Assembly (NCBI GenBank): GCA_963814585.1
Contig: CAWFDF010000003.1
Coordinates: forward strand, 320,001-384,000
From: an uncultured delta proteobacterium
GTDB taxonomy: Bacteria; Myxococcota; Myxococcia; Myxococcales; Anaeromyxobacteraceae
DNA: 64,000 nt
Reading direction: 5' to 3'
Positions 28,471 to 38,065 of the stretch are shown one piece after another; the stretch's first letter is position 1; each line of letters begins with the position of its first letter. The notes beneath the pieces were generated by a model. The model was not told the DNA's origin, did not search any database, and saw only the letters and a program-made list of their open reading frames with translations. The translations under genes and the position numbers were made by a program.

Positions 28471-30085
28471 GGTGGAGGTCGGCAGCGAGTTCGGCGCCGC
28501 GCTGGACGCCGCCTTCGGGAGCTTCCTCGACTCGCCCCCGCCCGAGCTCCCGCCGGAGGCCGCCCACCAGCTCATCGGGCCGCCCCCCGAGCCAGGCGCC
28601 GAGGCCGCCTTCGGGCCGGCGGACCCTGCCCGCGGTCCCGGAGACCTCGCCACCGCCGGGCCGGCCTCCGCCCTCCCGCCCACGGGGCCGGGCCCGTCCA
28701 TCCCCAGCGCCGGATCCCTGGCGCCCGTCGAGCCCGAGTCCCCCCCGGAGCAGGCGGCCCTGGTGGAGGCCGCAGCGCCGCGGCCCCGTGGCGCCGACCC
28801 CGTCCTCGCCCATCTCCGCGCCGAGGCCGACGCCGCCTCCGGCTCCGGGCGAGCCAGCGCCCTCGAGCAGCTGGCCGCCATGCTGGAGCGCCAGGGCGAG
28901 CCGGGCGCCGCCGCCGACGCGCTCATCGAGGCCCTCTCCGCCGACGCCGACCGGGAGCTGACGTGGGGCTGGCTCGACTCGCTGGTGGCCGGCGACCCGG
29001 AGCGCGCGGCCCGGGTGGCGGCGCTCCGCCCACCGCTGGCGCCCCCCCCGGCCCCGGCCGTCCCGCCGACCGAGGTGCTGGCGCGAGCCCTCGCCGCCGC
29101 CCGCCAGGACCCGTCCGACGCCGACGCGCTGCTGCAGGTGGCCGAGCTGGCCGGCCAGCTGCTCGCCACCGCCTCCCCCCTCGACCGCGATCGGCTGGCC
29201 GAGCTGGCCCGCGTGGCCCACTCGATCGCCGCCTTCGTGGCCCCCGGTCGAGCCCGGCCGCCGCAGGCCCCGCCGCTCGCCACCGCGCTCTCCACGGCGG
29301 CCCGCGATCGCGCCGCCCTCGCCGGGACCATCGGCCCGCTCGGCAAGCTGCTGGAGCTGCTCGCCCCGCACCTCGAGCCGCTCTTCCCCGCCGACCTCCA
29401 GCGGCGCGGCGCCAGCGCCGCCGACCGACTGGTCCCACCGCGAGCCCCGGAGGTCCTGGGGCCGCTGGACGACGCCGCCGCCCTGCTCTCCTCCCGACGC
29501 TTCGCCACCTTCCTCGTCGATCGCCCGGGCGCGGCCATCGCCCTCGAGAACACCAGCCCGCCGGCGCTGGTCGTCCCCAGCGGCTTCGCCGCGCTGCCGC
29601 TGGGCGCTCGCCGCTTCCTCGCCGTCCGCGCCCTCGACCAGCTGGAGCGGGGGGGAGCGCTGACCGGGAAGTTCGCCCCGCGCGACGTCGGCATCCTGCT
29701 GGAGCTGGCGTGCCGCTTCGCCGGAGGCCAGCCGCCGCCGCTCGGCCTCCCCGCCGCGCGCGCCGGCGCCTTCCTCTCGGCCATGGCCCGGGGCGTGCCT
29801 CCGGTGGTGGCGGCGCGGGCGGCCTCGCTCGGCCCCCGGGCGGCGGTCGAGCTGGCCGGGATCGACCTCGGTTCCCTGGCCGCCGAGCTGCTGCGGACCA
29901 GCGGCCGGGTGGCGCTGCTGGCCACCGGCGATCCAGCCGCCGCCTTCAGCGCGCTGCTGGCCACCGATCCGCCGGCGCGGCCGCTCGGGGGCGCCGAGGC
30001 CCTCCGCCTCCCCGCCCTGCGGGACCTGGCGACGCTGGCCCTCTCCGAGCCCTTCCTCGCCCTCCGGGCGGCGGTGGTAGGCTGA
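28394..30085 (+). CDS. probable C-terminal part of the giant TPR protein (frameshift near 28440-28470), or a separate coupled gene
   Basis: Overlaps the previous ORF in another frame, has the same composition, and has no convincing RBS/start of its own. Confidence 0.65.
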   Translation: MSTRSRRSSWHLRRCRIFSLEPGSGEVEVGSEFGAALDAAFGSFLDSPPPELPPEAAHQLIGPPPEPGAEAAFGPADPARGPGDLATAGPASALPPTGPGPSIPSAGSLAPVEPESPPEQAALVEAAAPRPRGADPVLAHLRAEADAASGSGRASALEQLAAMLERQGEPGAAADALIEALSADADRELTWGWLDSLVAGDPERAARVAALRPPLAPPPAPAVPPTEVLARALAAARQDPSDADALLQVAELAGQLLATASPLDRDRLAELARVAHSIAAFVAPGRARPPQAPPLATALSTAARDRAALAGTIGPLGKLLELLAPHLEPLFPADLQRRGASAADRLVPPRAPEVLGPLDDAAALLSSRRFATFLVDRPGAAIALENTSPPALVVPSGFAALPLGARRFLAVRALDQLERGGALTGKFAPRDVGILLELACRFAGGQPPPLGLPAARAGAFLSAMARGVPPVVAARAASLGPRAAVELAGIDLGSLAAELLRTSGRVALLATGDPAAAFSALLATDPPARPLGGAEALRLPALRDLATLALSEPFLALRAAVVG

Positions 30086-30092
30086 GCGGGCC

Positions 30093-30626
30093 GTGGCTCG
30101 CCCCGCTCCTGCCCTCCTGCTCCTGTCCCTCGTCGCCGCCGGCTGCAGCGAATCGGTGGACACGGTGGCCTGCCCCGGCGTCCCGATCGCCACCTTCCTC
30201 TTCAACGGGACGCGGACGCTGGTGGGCTGCACCGGTGGCGAGCCGCTCACCGGGGCCAACACGCTCTACCCCCCCACGGTCTCCTTCACCGGGACCATCT
30301 CCTCCACGGCCTCGGGCGCCACCGCCGCGCTCTGCGTCGCGCACCCGTGGGCCGAGCCGCTGGTCGGTACGCGGGCGGCCGACCAGCTCGACCTCTCGCT
30401 GGAGACCCGGGGCGCGCTGCTCGGCGACTGCAACAGCCGCTGCGCCGTCACCGTCCGCCAGCAGGTGACCGGATCCCTGCAGCGCGCGGCCGGCGGCGAG
30501 CCCTCCGGCTTCACCGGCACGCTGGTCGACCAGGCCACGCTGGACGCCACGGTCACCGGGGCCGACTGCCAGCCCTGCACCACGCCCTGCCAGGCCACCT
30601 ACGCCATCACCGGTCTCCCGCCGTGA
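30093..30626 (+). CDS. Cys-containing lipoprotein
   Basis: Lipobox AAGC; beta-rich Thr-rich body with several Cys. Confidence 0.7.
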   Translation: MARPAPALLLLSLVAAGCSESVDTVACPGVPIATFLFNGTRTLVGCTGGEPLTGANTLYPPTVSFTGTISSTASGATAALCVAHPWAEPLVGTRAADQLDLSLETRGALLGDCNSRCAVTVRQQVTGSLQRAAGGEPSGFTGTLVDQATLDATVTGADCQPCTTPCQATYAITGLPP

Positions 30627-31339
30627 CCAGGGCCCGTCCCGTCCGCGCCGTCGTCCTGCTCTCCGGCGGCCTCGACAGCACCACCTGCCTGGCCGCGGCG
30701 CTGGCCGCGGGCCGGGAGGTCCACACCCTCTCGGTCGACTACGGCCAGCGCCACCGCGGCGAGCTGGGCCGGGCCCGGGCGCTGTCCGGCGCGCTCGGCG
30801 CCGCCGGCCACCACGTCGTCAAGGTCGATCTCTCCGGCTTCGGGGGGTCGGCGCTCACCGACGCCACCATCGCGGTGCCGAAGGGACGTGGCGCCAGCGC
30901 CATGGCCAGCGACATCCCGGTCACCTACGTGCCGGCGCGCAACACCGTCATGCTCTCGCTGGCGCTGGCCTACGCCGAGGTGATCGGCGCCGAGGAGATC
31001 CACGTCGGCGTCAACGCCGTGGACTACTCCGGCTACCCCGACTGCCGGCCCGAGTTCCTGGCCGCCTTCGAGCGGCTGGCGCGGGTGGCCACCCGGGCCG
31101 GCGTCGGCGGCCGACCCATGCGGATCGTGGCCCCGCTGCTGCGCCTCTCCAAGGCCGGGATCATCGGGCTCGGCACCCGTCTCGGCGTCCCTTACGGCCG
31201 GACGCAGTCCTGCTACGATCCCGTCCGCGGCCGGGCCTGCGGGCGCTGCGACGCCTGCCAGCTCCGCCGCAAGGGCTTCGACGAGGCGGGCATCCCCGAT
31301 CCGACCCGCTACGCGCGGGCCACCAGGCGGAGGGCGTGA
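30623..31339 (+). CDS. queC: 7-cyano-7-deazaguanine synthase
   Basis: [48 protein letters not shown]. Confidence 0.96.
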   Translation: MTRARPVRAVVLLSGGLDSTTCLAAALAAGREVHTLSVDYGQRHRGELGRARALSGALGAAGHHVVKVDLSGFGGSALTDATIAVPKGRGASAMASDIPVTYVPARNTVMLSLALAYAEVIGAEEIHVGVNAVDYSGYPDCRPEFLAAFERLARVATRAGVGGRPMRIVAPLLRLSKAGIIGLGTRLGVPYGRTQSCYDPVRGRACGRCDACQLRRKGFDEAGIPDPTRYARATRRRA

Positions 31340-31626
31340 TGGCGACCAGGATCATCGAGCAGGCGTACCCGGGCAAGACCGCCGACCAGCTCTGGGTCGA
31401 GGCCGAGAAGATCCTGCGGAGGCTGGGGGAGAAGTACGGCATCGCCTGCCAGTTCGACGCGGCCGGCCGGCGGGTGGTGGTGCCGGAGAAGATGGGGCTG
31501 AAGGGGCTCTGCACCGTGAGCGACGGCAAGATCCGGATCGAGCTGACCCACGGCCTGCTGGGCGGCGCGCTGGTCGGGACCGTGGAGGACTACGTCGAGG
31601 AGAAGCTGGACAAGCTCTTCGTCTGA
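31339..31626 (+). CDS. small protein, polyhydroxyalkanoic-acid-system-like family
   Basis: ~95 aa; LGEKYGIACQF...IELTHGLLG...VEEKLDKLF pattern; coupled to queC. Confidence 0.55.
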   Translation: MATRIIEQAYPGKTADQLWVEAEKILRRLGEKYGIACQFDAAGRRVVVPEKMGLKGLCTVSDGKIRIELTHGLLGGALVGTVEDYVEEKLDKLFV

Positions 31627-31639
31627 GGGGTCCCGCCGC

Positions 31640-31942
31640 TCACTCGTCGAGCGCCACCACGATGGCGCCGGCCCGCTCGTTGAGCCGCTCCACCGCCGCG
31701 CAGATGGCCGCCAGGGGCGAGTCGCCGGTGCCCCGCGCGGTCCGCGTGACCGGGCTGCGCCGCCGGGACCGCGGTCCGGACACGATGCGCGCGCTGGCCT
31801 GGCCGCTCAGCCCGTCGGGCGTGACGTGGATCTCCAGTCCGGCGCGGTAGAGCGCCAGCAGCACCCGCCCGGTCTCGGCGGCGACACGTTCCTCGGCGTA
31901 GGTCATCGAGCTTCCCGTCTGGGTCCGGCCGCGTCGAGCCAT
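31640..31942 (-). CDS. hypothetical protein
   Basis: RBS GAGGA before ATG; 100 aa with typical codon bias. Confidence 0.55.
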   Translation of the reverse strand: MARRGRTQTGSSMTYAEERVAAETGRVLLALYRAGLEIHVTPDGLSGQASARIVSGPRSRRRSPVTRTARGTGDSPLAAICAAVERLNERAGAIVVALDE

Positions 31943-32050
31943 CCGATCCTCGCTGCGTGCGAAGGCTGCGCAGACCCCTGGCATCCTACTGGCGCCGGCT
32001 GACAGCGCCAGTTCCAGGGCTCGGGCTCGGCCCGCCCCGGGCCTGCCGGC

Positions 32051-32599
32051 TCACGGTGAGGGACGAGGTGCGGCCGGCCGGGCGCCCGGGGCCGGGGGGT
32101 CGATCCGGTCCTCGACGCGTGAGGCGGCGTCCGGATCGACGCGCCGGAGCAGGTCCAGCTCCAGCTCGTGGTCGCGCAGCGTCACGCCGTCCGTGCCGAA
32201 CTCGTCGAGGTTTCGCTTGATCATGGTGAGGACCACGCGCAGTCCTCCGGCGTCCGGCTCCGCCTCGGCGCGCCACCGCAGCCCGTCCTGGTTCCAGCCC
32301 GTCTCCAGCACCCGCCCGCCGGTCGCGGTGGAGCGGGTCTCCTTGGCGGCCGACGAGAACCTCGCCATGGTCCCGGGTGCCTGGCGGACCGCCGCGGCGT
32401 CCTGGCCGGCCAGCGCCAGCCCTCGGTCGGCCAGCAGCCGCTGCACCTCCGGCCAGACCAGCTCCTGGGGCTGGCCGTAGCGGAAGGCCTCCATCTCCGC
32501 TCGAAGCACCCTGGAGCGGGCGCGGTACTCGGAGAGCGAGGCGCAGCCCGGCCCGAGGAGGGCGAGGACGGCGAGGAGCCAGGCGGGGTGACGGGGCAT
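32051..32599 (-). CDS. hypothetical lipoprotein
   Basis: RBS AGGAG; signal peptide ending GPGC; VLETGW motif. Confidence 0.65.
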   Translation of the reverse strand: MPRHPAWLLAVLALLGPGCASLSEYRARSRVLRAEMEAFRYGQPQELVWPEVQRLLADRGLALAGQDAAAVRQAPGTMARFSSAAKETRSTATGGRVLETGWNQDGLRWRAEAEPDAGGLRVVLTMIKRNLDEFGTDGVTLRDHELELDLLRRVDPDAASRVEDRIDPPAPGARPAAPRPSP

Positions 32600-32767
32600 G
32601 GTGTGGCTCCTGACCGGTTCGAGCGGGCCTGGCAGTCTACCGCGACCGCGACCCTCCCACGAGACCGTTCCGGTGCCGAGCCGCGTCCGGGAGGCCGGCC
32701 GGATCCGGCCGGCGGGAATCCAGGGCGTCTGGTGGCCGCCGGCGCCGAAGGCGGGGAGAATCTGGCC

Positions 32768-33979
32768 ATGGAGGGGAGCCCCAGCGAGCGCCGCGACGCC
32801 CGGAGGTGGAGGGCGGTGCTCGGCCTGGCCCTGGCGTGCAGCCTCCACCCGGCCGAGGGGCTGGCGGCGCCGGATGCGACGGCGCCCGCCGCGAACCTCG
32901 ACGCGGCCCAGGCGCAGGAGCCGGACGCGCCGCAGGCCCCCGTGCCCACCGCACCGCCCGGCAAGGAGCCGGGCGCCGACGAGGAGGTCCCCGTCGACCA
33001 GGCCAGGCCGATCGAGGCGGAAGCCGCCGCCACCGAGCCGGCCTGGATCGACGAGAGACATGCCGAGGTGGAGCATCGACTCGGCAAGCTCGTCGACGCC
33101 TTCGATCGCTTCTTCGGCGACGAGCGGCAGCTGGACGTGGAGTCGCCCCGGACCCGCCTCCGGCTCAAGAGCTACGTGAGGACCGCGCAGGACCGGGACT
33201 TCGCCTGGGCCGCCGCGGCCGCCGTCTCGGTCCGCCTGCCCCGGCTCCAGCGCTGGCTCCGCAACGCCAGGCTGGTGCTGACCAGCGAGGACGCCGGCGT
33301 CGGCGTCCCCGTGGCCCCATCGGTCGACGGCCCGCCCGGAGAGACGACCCCACCGGTCGTCCCGCCGCCGCGGACCGCCGAGTCCATCCCGGGGACCCGC
33401 GGCCGCGCCGACCTCCGCTTCGACCTCCTCCGCCGGGAGAACCTGATCCTCGACACCGGCGTCGGCGTCAGCTTCGCCTGGCCGGCGGTTCCCTACGCGC
33501 GCCTCCGCGGCCACCTCCGGCACGGGCTCGGCGCCGGCTTCATGCTCCGCGCCACCCAGAACCTCTTCGTGGAGGCGTGGGGGCGCGGTCCCGGGACCAC
33601 CACCGACCTGGTGCTGGACCGGTTCTTCGGCACCGCGCTGCGCCTGCGCTGGGAGGGGCATGGCCTCTTCGCCCGGACCACCCGCGGCGTGGAGTGGAGC
33701 ACGCTGGTCGCCGCCGAGTGGAAGGTCCATCGCCGCACCGGCCTCGGCGCCGGGGTGAGCGCCGCCGGCTTCGGGACGCCGGAGCCGGGCCTGGACGTCT
33801 GGCGGACCTGGGTCAGCGTCCGGCAGGACCTCTGGAGCGGCTGGATCTTCGCCGAGCTGGAGCCGGAGGTGGCCTGGCCCCGGCCCGCCGGGATGCCCCG
33901 GGACCAGGTCCTGGCGGTGACGCTGCGGCTCGAGGTGGTGATCGACGCCCACCCGGACGCGGAGGGCAAGGCCAGGTGA
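32768..33979 (+). CDS. putative outer-membrane beta-barrel protein
   Basis: Signal peptide, Pro/Ala linker, FDRFFG, alternating beta-strand pattern, WIFAELEPEVAW, LRLEV end. Confidence 0.65.
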   Translation: MEGSPSERRDARRWRAVLGLALACSLHPAEGLAAPDATAPAANLDAAQAQEPDAPQAPVPTAPPGKEPGADEEVPVDQARPIEAEAAATEPAWIDERHAEVEHRLGKLVDAFDRFFGDERQLDVESPRTRLRLKSYVRTAQDRDFAWAAAAAVSVRLPRLQRWLRNARLVLTSEDAGVGVPVAPSVDGPPGETTPPVVPPPRTAESIPGTRGRADLRFDLLRRENLILDTGVGVSFAWPAVPYARLRGHLRHGLGAGFMLRATQNLFVEAWGRGPGTTTDLVLDRFFGTALRLRWEGHGLFARTTRGVEWSTLVAAEWKVHRRTGLGAGVSAAGFGTPEPGLDVWRTWVSVRQDLWSGWIFAELEPEVAWPRPAGMPRDQVLAVTLRLEVVIDAHPDAEGKAR

Positions 33980-34022
33980 TCGCAGCCGGCCCTCCCGTCC
34001 CCGGCTCGCGTATGATCGCCCG

Positions 34023-34652
34023 GTGCTCCCGCTCCTCGCCGCCCTCGGCCTGGCCACCGCGCCGGTGACGCCGGCCGTCCTGGTCGACGTGCACGCGCGG
34101 CTCCCCGACGCCCTCCTCGACATCCGCTACGCCACCGCCGACAACTTCACCGGCCGGCCGCTCTACCCGGTGGCGCGCTGCCTGCTCCGCGCCGAGGTGG
34201 CCGACCGGCTGACGCGAGCCGCTGCGGCGCTGCGGCAGCAGGGCTTCCGGCTGGTGCTCCTCGACTGCTACCGGCCGCTCTCGGTGCAGCGCGAGCTCTG
34301 GAGGGCGATGCCGAGGCGGGGCTACGTGGCCAATCCTGCCACCGGCTCGCACCACAACCGGGCCGCGGCCGTGGACCTCTCCCTGGCCGACCTCTCGGGG
34401 ACGCCGGTGGAGATGCCGACCGGCTACGACGCCTTCGGCCCGGCCGCCCGCGCCTGGGCCACCGAGGGGGTGTCCCGGACCGCCCGGCGCCACCGCGACG
34501 CCCTGCGCCTGGCCATGAGCGCGGCCGGCTTCGCGGTGAACCCCATGGAGTGGTGGCACTTCGACGCCCCCGGCGCGGCGGCGAAGCCGCTCCTCGACCT
34601 GCCGCTCGATGGGCCGCTGGCCACGGGCCCTCCACCGGGGGCGAATCCGTGA
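34023..34652 (+). CDS. ddpX: D-alanyl-D-alanine dipeptidase (M15D, VanX/DdpX family)
   Basis: DIRYATADNFTG, DCYRP, SHHNRAAAVDLS (SxHxxxxAxD), EWWHF. Confidence 0.92.
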   Translation: MLPLLAALGLATAPVTPAVLVDVHARLPDALLDIRYATADNFTGRPLYPVARCLLRAEVADRLTRAAAALRQQGFRLVLLDCYRPLSVQRELWRAMPRRGYVANPATGSHHNRAAAVDLSLADLSGTPVEMPTGYDAFGPAARAWATEGVSRTARRHRDALRLAMSAAGFAVNPMEWWHFDAPGAAAKPLLDLPLDGPLATGPPPGANP

Positions 34653-36397
34653 CCGTGGCCCGCCGCCTCCCGGGCCTGGAGGACGCCGAGCTGGAGCGGC
34701 GCTGCGCCACGGCGCTGGCCGGCCGTCGTGGCGCCGTCTTCACGCCCCCATCCGAGGCCCGGCTGCTGGCCGCCTTCTCGCTGGCCGAGCTGGCGGCGCG
34801 GCGCGGTGGCCCGTCGGTGGCGGCGTCGCTGCGCGCGCTCCTCTCCGGCCGGCCCTCCCCGGCGCTGGGGAGCGCCCTGGACGGCGCCCGGGTCCTCGAC
34901 TTCGCCTGCGGCGCCGGGGCCCTGCTGGTGGCTGCGGAGCGGCTGGCCGGCCGCCACGGGGCCCGGCTCACGCTCCTCGGGCTCGACGTGGCGCCGCTGG
35001 CGGTCCGGACCGCCGCCGAGCGGCTGGCGGCGCTGGGGGCTGGCGCCAGGCTCCGGCGCGCCGACGCCGTCTCCGCCCGCTGGCCGGTGGCCGATCTGGT
35101 GCTCGGCAACCCGCCCTTCCTGCGCCACGAGTCGCTCCCGGCCGCCCAGAAGGCCCGGGCCGCGGCGCGGAGCGGGCTGCCGCGCCAGGCCGACCTCTCG
35201 GCCCACCTGGCCGCGCTGGCGCTTCGCCACGCGCCCGTCGTCGGGCTGGTGCTGCCGCGCTCGCTCGGCACCAGCCGATTGGCCGCCCGGCTCTGGTCCG
35301 GGGCCGCGGCGCGCGGCGGCTTCACGCTGCGGCTGCGTTCCCGCGCCGCCGGCAGCTTCGCCGCCTCGGTCGACACCTGGCTCACCTGCTGGGTCGCGGG
35401 AGCGCCGGAGCGCGCGCCGGCGGAGGCCGGGGTGCCGCTCGACGAGCTCTCCGACGAGGAGCTGGTGAGTCTGGCGGCGCCGGACGACGCCCCCCAGGAC
35501 ACCGGCGCCGCCCGCCTGCGCCGCTCCGGCCAGCCCCGGCCTCCGCCCGCCGGCGTGCCGCTCTCCGGGCTGTGCCTGGTCCGCTTCGGGGTGAAGACCG
35601 GCTGCAACGAGTTCTTCCACCTCGCGCCCCTCGGCGGCGGCCGCTACCGCTCGGCGGGGCTGGGTGAGGTCAGGCTCGAGGACGGCGACGCGACGCCGCT
35701 GCTCTTCTCGCTCAAGGAAGCCCGGGCCCCGGAGCGGTGCCAGCCGTCACGGCTCCTCTTCCGGCCCGGCGTCGCGCCCTCGCGGGCGGCGCTCGACTGG
35801 ATCGCCCGCGGCGAGGAGGCCGGTGTCCACCTCCGCCCCACCTGCGCCGGCCGGAGGCCCTGGTGGGCGGTGGCCCCCGGGCGCGCTCCAGCGCCGCTCC
35901 TCTACCCGGCCAAGCTGGGCGCCCGGGCCTTCGCCGTCCTGAACCGGGCCGGGCTGCTCGAGGACAAGAAGTGGCACGCCCTCTTCCCGATCGGCATCGA
36001 GCCGTGGGTGCTCTCCCTGGTGCTGTCGGCCACGCCGGTCCGGCTCGCCATCGACGAGGGGGCGCGCCAGCTGACCGGCGCGCAGGCCATCGCCGACGTC
36101 GACTGCCGCGTGCTGGCGTCGGCGCCGGTCCCGACCCGGGAGGCGCTGGCGAGGATCGCGGGGCCGCTGGCCTCGCTGCGTGGCCGGCTGGCCGGCGACG
36201 AGGTGACCACCGACCTCCCCGCCATGCTGGCGCGGCCGGCACAGCGAGAGCTGGACGAGCTGGTGGGGGGCGCCCTCGGCCTGGCGCGCCGCGAGGTGGA
36301 GCGGCAGAGCGCCGCCCTGCTGGCGCGGGTGGCCGCCCGGCTCGAGCACGGCGCGGCGGTACGGGCCCGGGTCGCGTCCGGGACGTCCCGGCGGTGA
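34649..36397 (+). CDS. N6-adenine DNA methyltransferase-like protein (gamma class)
   Basis: Motif I VLDFACGAGALL precedes motif IV GNPPF; FGVKTGCNEFF at the start of a TRD-like region. Confidence 0.75.
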   Translation: MTVARRLPGLEDAELERRCATALAGRRGAVFTPPSEARLLAAFSLAELAARRGGPSVAASLRALLSGRPSPALGSALDGARVLDFACGAGALLVAAERLAGRHGARLTLLGLDVAPLAVRTAAERLAALGAGARLRRADAVSARWPVADLVLGNPPFLRHESLPAAQKARAAARSGLPRQADLSAHLAALALRHAPVVGLVLPRSLGTSRLAARLWSGAAARGGFTLRLRSRAAGSFAASVDTWLTCWVAGAPERAPAEAGVPLDELSDEELVSLAAPDDAPQDTGAARLRRSGQPRPPPAGVPLSGLCLVRFGVKTGCNEFFHLAPLGGGRYRSAGLGEVRLEDGDATPLLFSLKEARAPERCQPSRLLFRPGVAPSRAALDWIARGEEAGVHLRPTCAGRRPWWAVAPGRAPAPLLYPAKLGARAFAVLNRAGLLEDKKWHALFPIGIEPWVLSLVLSATPVRLAIDEGARQLTGAQAIADVDCRVLASAPVPTREALARIAGPLASLRGRLAGDEVTTDLPAMLARPAQRELDELVGGALGLARREVERQSAALLARVAARLEHGAAVRARVASGTSRR

Positions 36398-36417
36398 CGG
36401 CCGCCGCCGGAGCGCGG

Positions 36418-37965
36418 CTACGGCGCCCCGCGACGGAGCCGGCCCGCCACCCGGAGCGCGTCCTCGTTGACCGCGGCGGTCAGCGTGCGACCCTTGTCGC
36501 CCGCCACCACCTTCTCGATGGCGGCGGCCAGCTCCGCCCCCCTGGCCCCCGGCGGCGCACGGCGCGACAGCCAGTCGAGGCCGAGCACCGCGTGGTAGCG
36601 GGCGGCCAGCTCGGCGTCGGTCTCCACGGGCCTCACCAGCGCCTCCACCAGAGAGCCGGCCTGCGCGGCGTCGCCGGCGCGGCCCACCTCCAGCGCGGCG
36701 CGGCCGCGCACCGCCGCGCTGGGGTCGCCGAGCTTCCCGGCCCAGCAGGTCACCGCCCCGGCGCAGGCGCGAGCCGCGTCGAGCCGGGCCACCATGCCGT
36801 CCAGGGCGGCCTGGCGCGTGGCCGGGCAGCCCGAGCCGCAGCCGCGCGCCGCGCCGGCCACCAGCTCGCGCTCGGCCTCGCCGCCGATGAGCGAGAGGGC
36901 GTCGAGCGGCCCCTGGCGGGCGTCGAGGTCGCCGCCGGTCGCCGCGGCCCGCAGCGGCGCCAGCGCCGACGGGTCGCCGATGCGGGCCAGCGCCTCCGCG
37001 TACCGGTCGCGGGCGCTGGGATCCCTGGCCTTGTCGAGCAGCGCGCCGATGGGGGCCACGCCCGGCACCGCGCGGAGCCGCCCCAGCGACTCGGCGGCGA
37101 AGACCCGGACCAGGAGCTGCGCGGTGGGCTTGGCGTCGGTGTACCCGAGCGCCTCGAGGAGCGCCGGCACCGCGCCGGGGCCGCCCACGTCACCGAGCAC
37201 CTGGGCCGCCTTGGCCCGCAGCGCGGCCGGGTGGATCCCCCTGGCCCCGGCCCAGCGCGACAGCTCGGCGTCCCGACCCGCCACCACCGCCGCCAGCGGC
37301 GCCGACATCGGCGCGCCGATCTGCGAGGCCGCGAACGCCGCCTCGGCGAAGTAGAAGTTCCCCGGCCGCTCGACGTAGAGCATCCGCAGCACCGACGGCA
37401 CCGCCCGCGGATCGCCGATCCGCCCCAGCGCCAGCAGCGCCTTCTTGATGGCGAACGGCTCCCCCTGCTCGTCGCCGACCACCGCCAGCAGCGCGTCGAC
37501 GCCGGCCGGATCGCCGATGGCCCCGAGCGCGTCGATGGCGGCCACCTGCGTGAAGGGGTCGCGGGAGGAGGTGAGCTTCGCCAGCGCCCCGACGGCCTCG
37601 CGGGCGCGCAGGACGCCGAGCGCCGTGGCGATCTTCTGGTTGGCGTCGTTGACGTCGCGCTCCGGCTTCCCGGAGGCGTCGATGGCCTCGAGGAGCGGCC
37701 TCACCGCGGCCGGGTCTCCGATCTCGCCGAGGATGACGGCCGCCTCGGCGCGGGCCCGGGGCGCCTGCTTGAGCACCTCGGTGAGCGGCCTGACGGCGGC
37801 CTTCCGGTCCCCGGGCGCGGTGCGGGCCTGCTGCAGCGCCGCCAGCTTCTCGTCGATCCGGTTGCGCGACGCGGCCCGCTCCGCCCACCCGGCGGCGTCC
37901 TTCGGGTCGAAGCACGCGGTGAGCAGGGCGAGCGCGGCGATGGCGACGGGGTGGAGGTGGCGCAT
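36418..37965 (-). CDS. HEAT/PBS-lyase repeat lipoprotein
   Basis: Lipobox LTAC; repeated A.ALG.IGDP.AV..L units. Confidence 0.82.
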   Translation of the reverse strand: MRHLHPVAIAALALLTACFDPKDAAGWAERAASRNRIDEKLAALQQARTAPGDRKAAVRPLTEVLKQAPRARAEAAVILGEIGDPAAVRPLLEAIDASGKPERDVNDANQKIATALGVLRAREAVGALAKLTSSRDPFTQVAAIDALGAIGDPAGVDALLAVVGDEQGEPFAIKKALLALGRIGDPRAVPSVLRMLYVERPGNFYFAEAAFAASQIGAPMSAPLAAVVAGRDAELSRWAGARGIHPAALRAKAAQVLGDVGGPGAVPALLEALGYTDAKPTAQLLVRVFAAESLGRLRAVPGVAPIGALLDKARDPSARDRYAEALARIGDPSALAPLRAAATGGDLDARQGPLDALSLIGGEAERELVAGAARGCGSGCPATRQAALDGMVARLDAARACAGAVTCWAGKLGDPSAAVRGRAALEVGRAGDAAQAGSLVEALVRPVETDAELAARYHAVLGLDWLSRRAPPGARGAELAAAIEKVVAGDKGRTLTAAVNEDALRVAGRLRRGAP

Positions 37966-38065
37966 GCTGGTTCCCCTTGTGGCCGGGGATAGTACCCCGC
38001 GGACGGGTCCCGAGGCCACGGCAGGGCGCTCGACGAGGGCGCCGTCTTCCGCGTATACGCAGGCG

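Noticed and set aside
7942..29964. Very long antisense or alternative-frame ORFs (e.g. 7942-11982, 18627-22010, 22099-29964)
   Set aside because: Shadow ORFs expected in high-GC DNA. They are Arg/Gly/Pro-rich, have no motifs and overlap well-supported genes.
34023..34652. Vancomycin-resistance vanX
   Set aside because: No vanH/vanA/vanRS nearby, and it has a signal peptide; more consistent with a housekeeping M15D dipeptidase.
30623..36397. queC plus methyltransferase as a Dpd- or Qat-like defence island
   Set aside because: QueC is canonical in length and motifs, no dpdA or qat partners are adjacent, and the intervening genes are unrelated.
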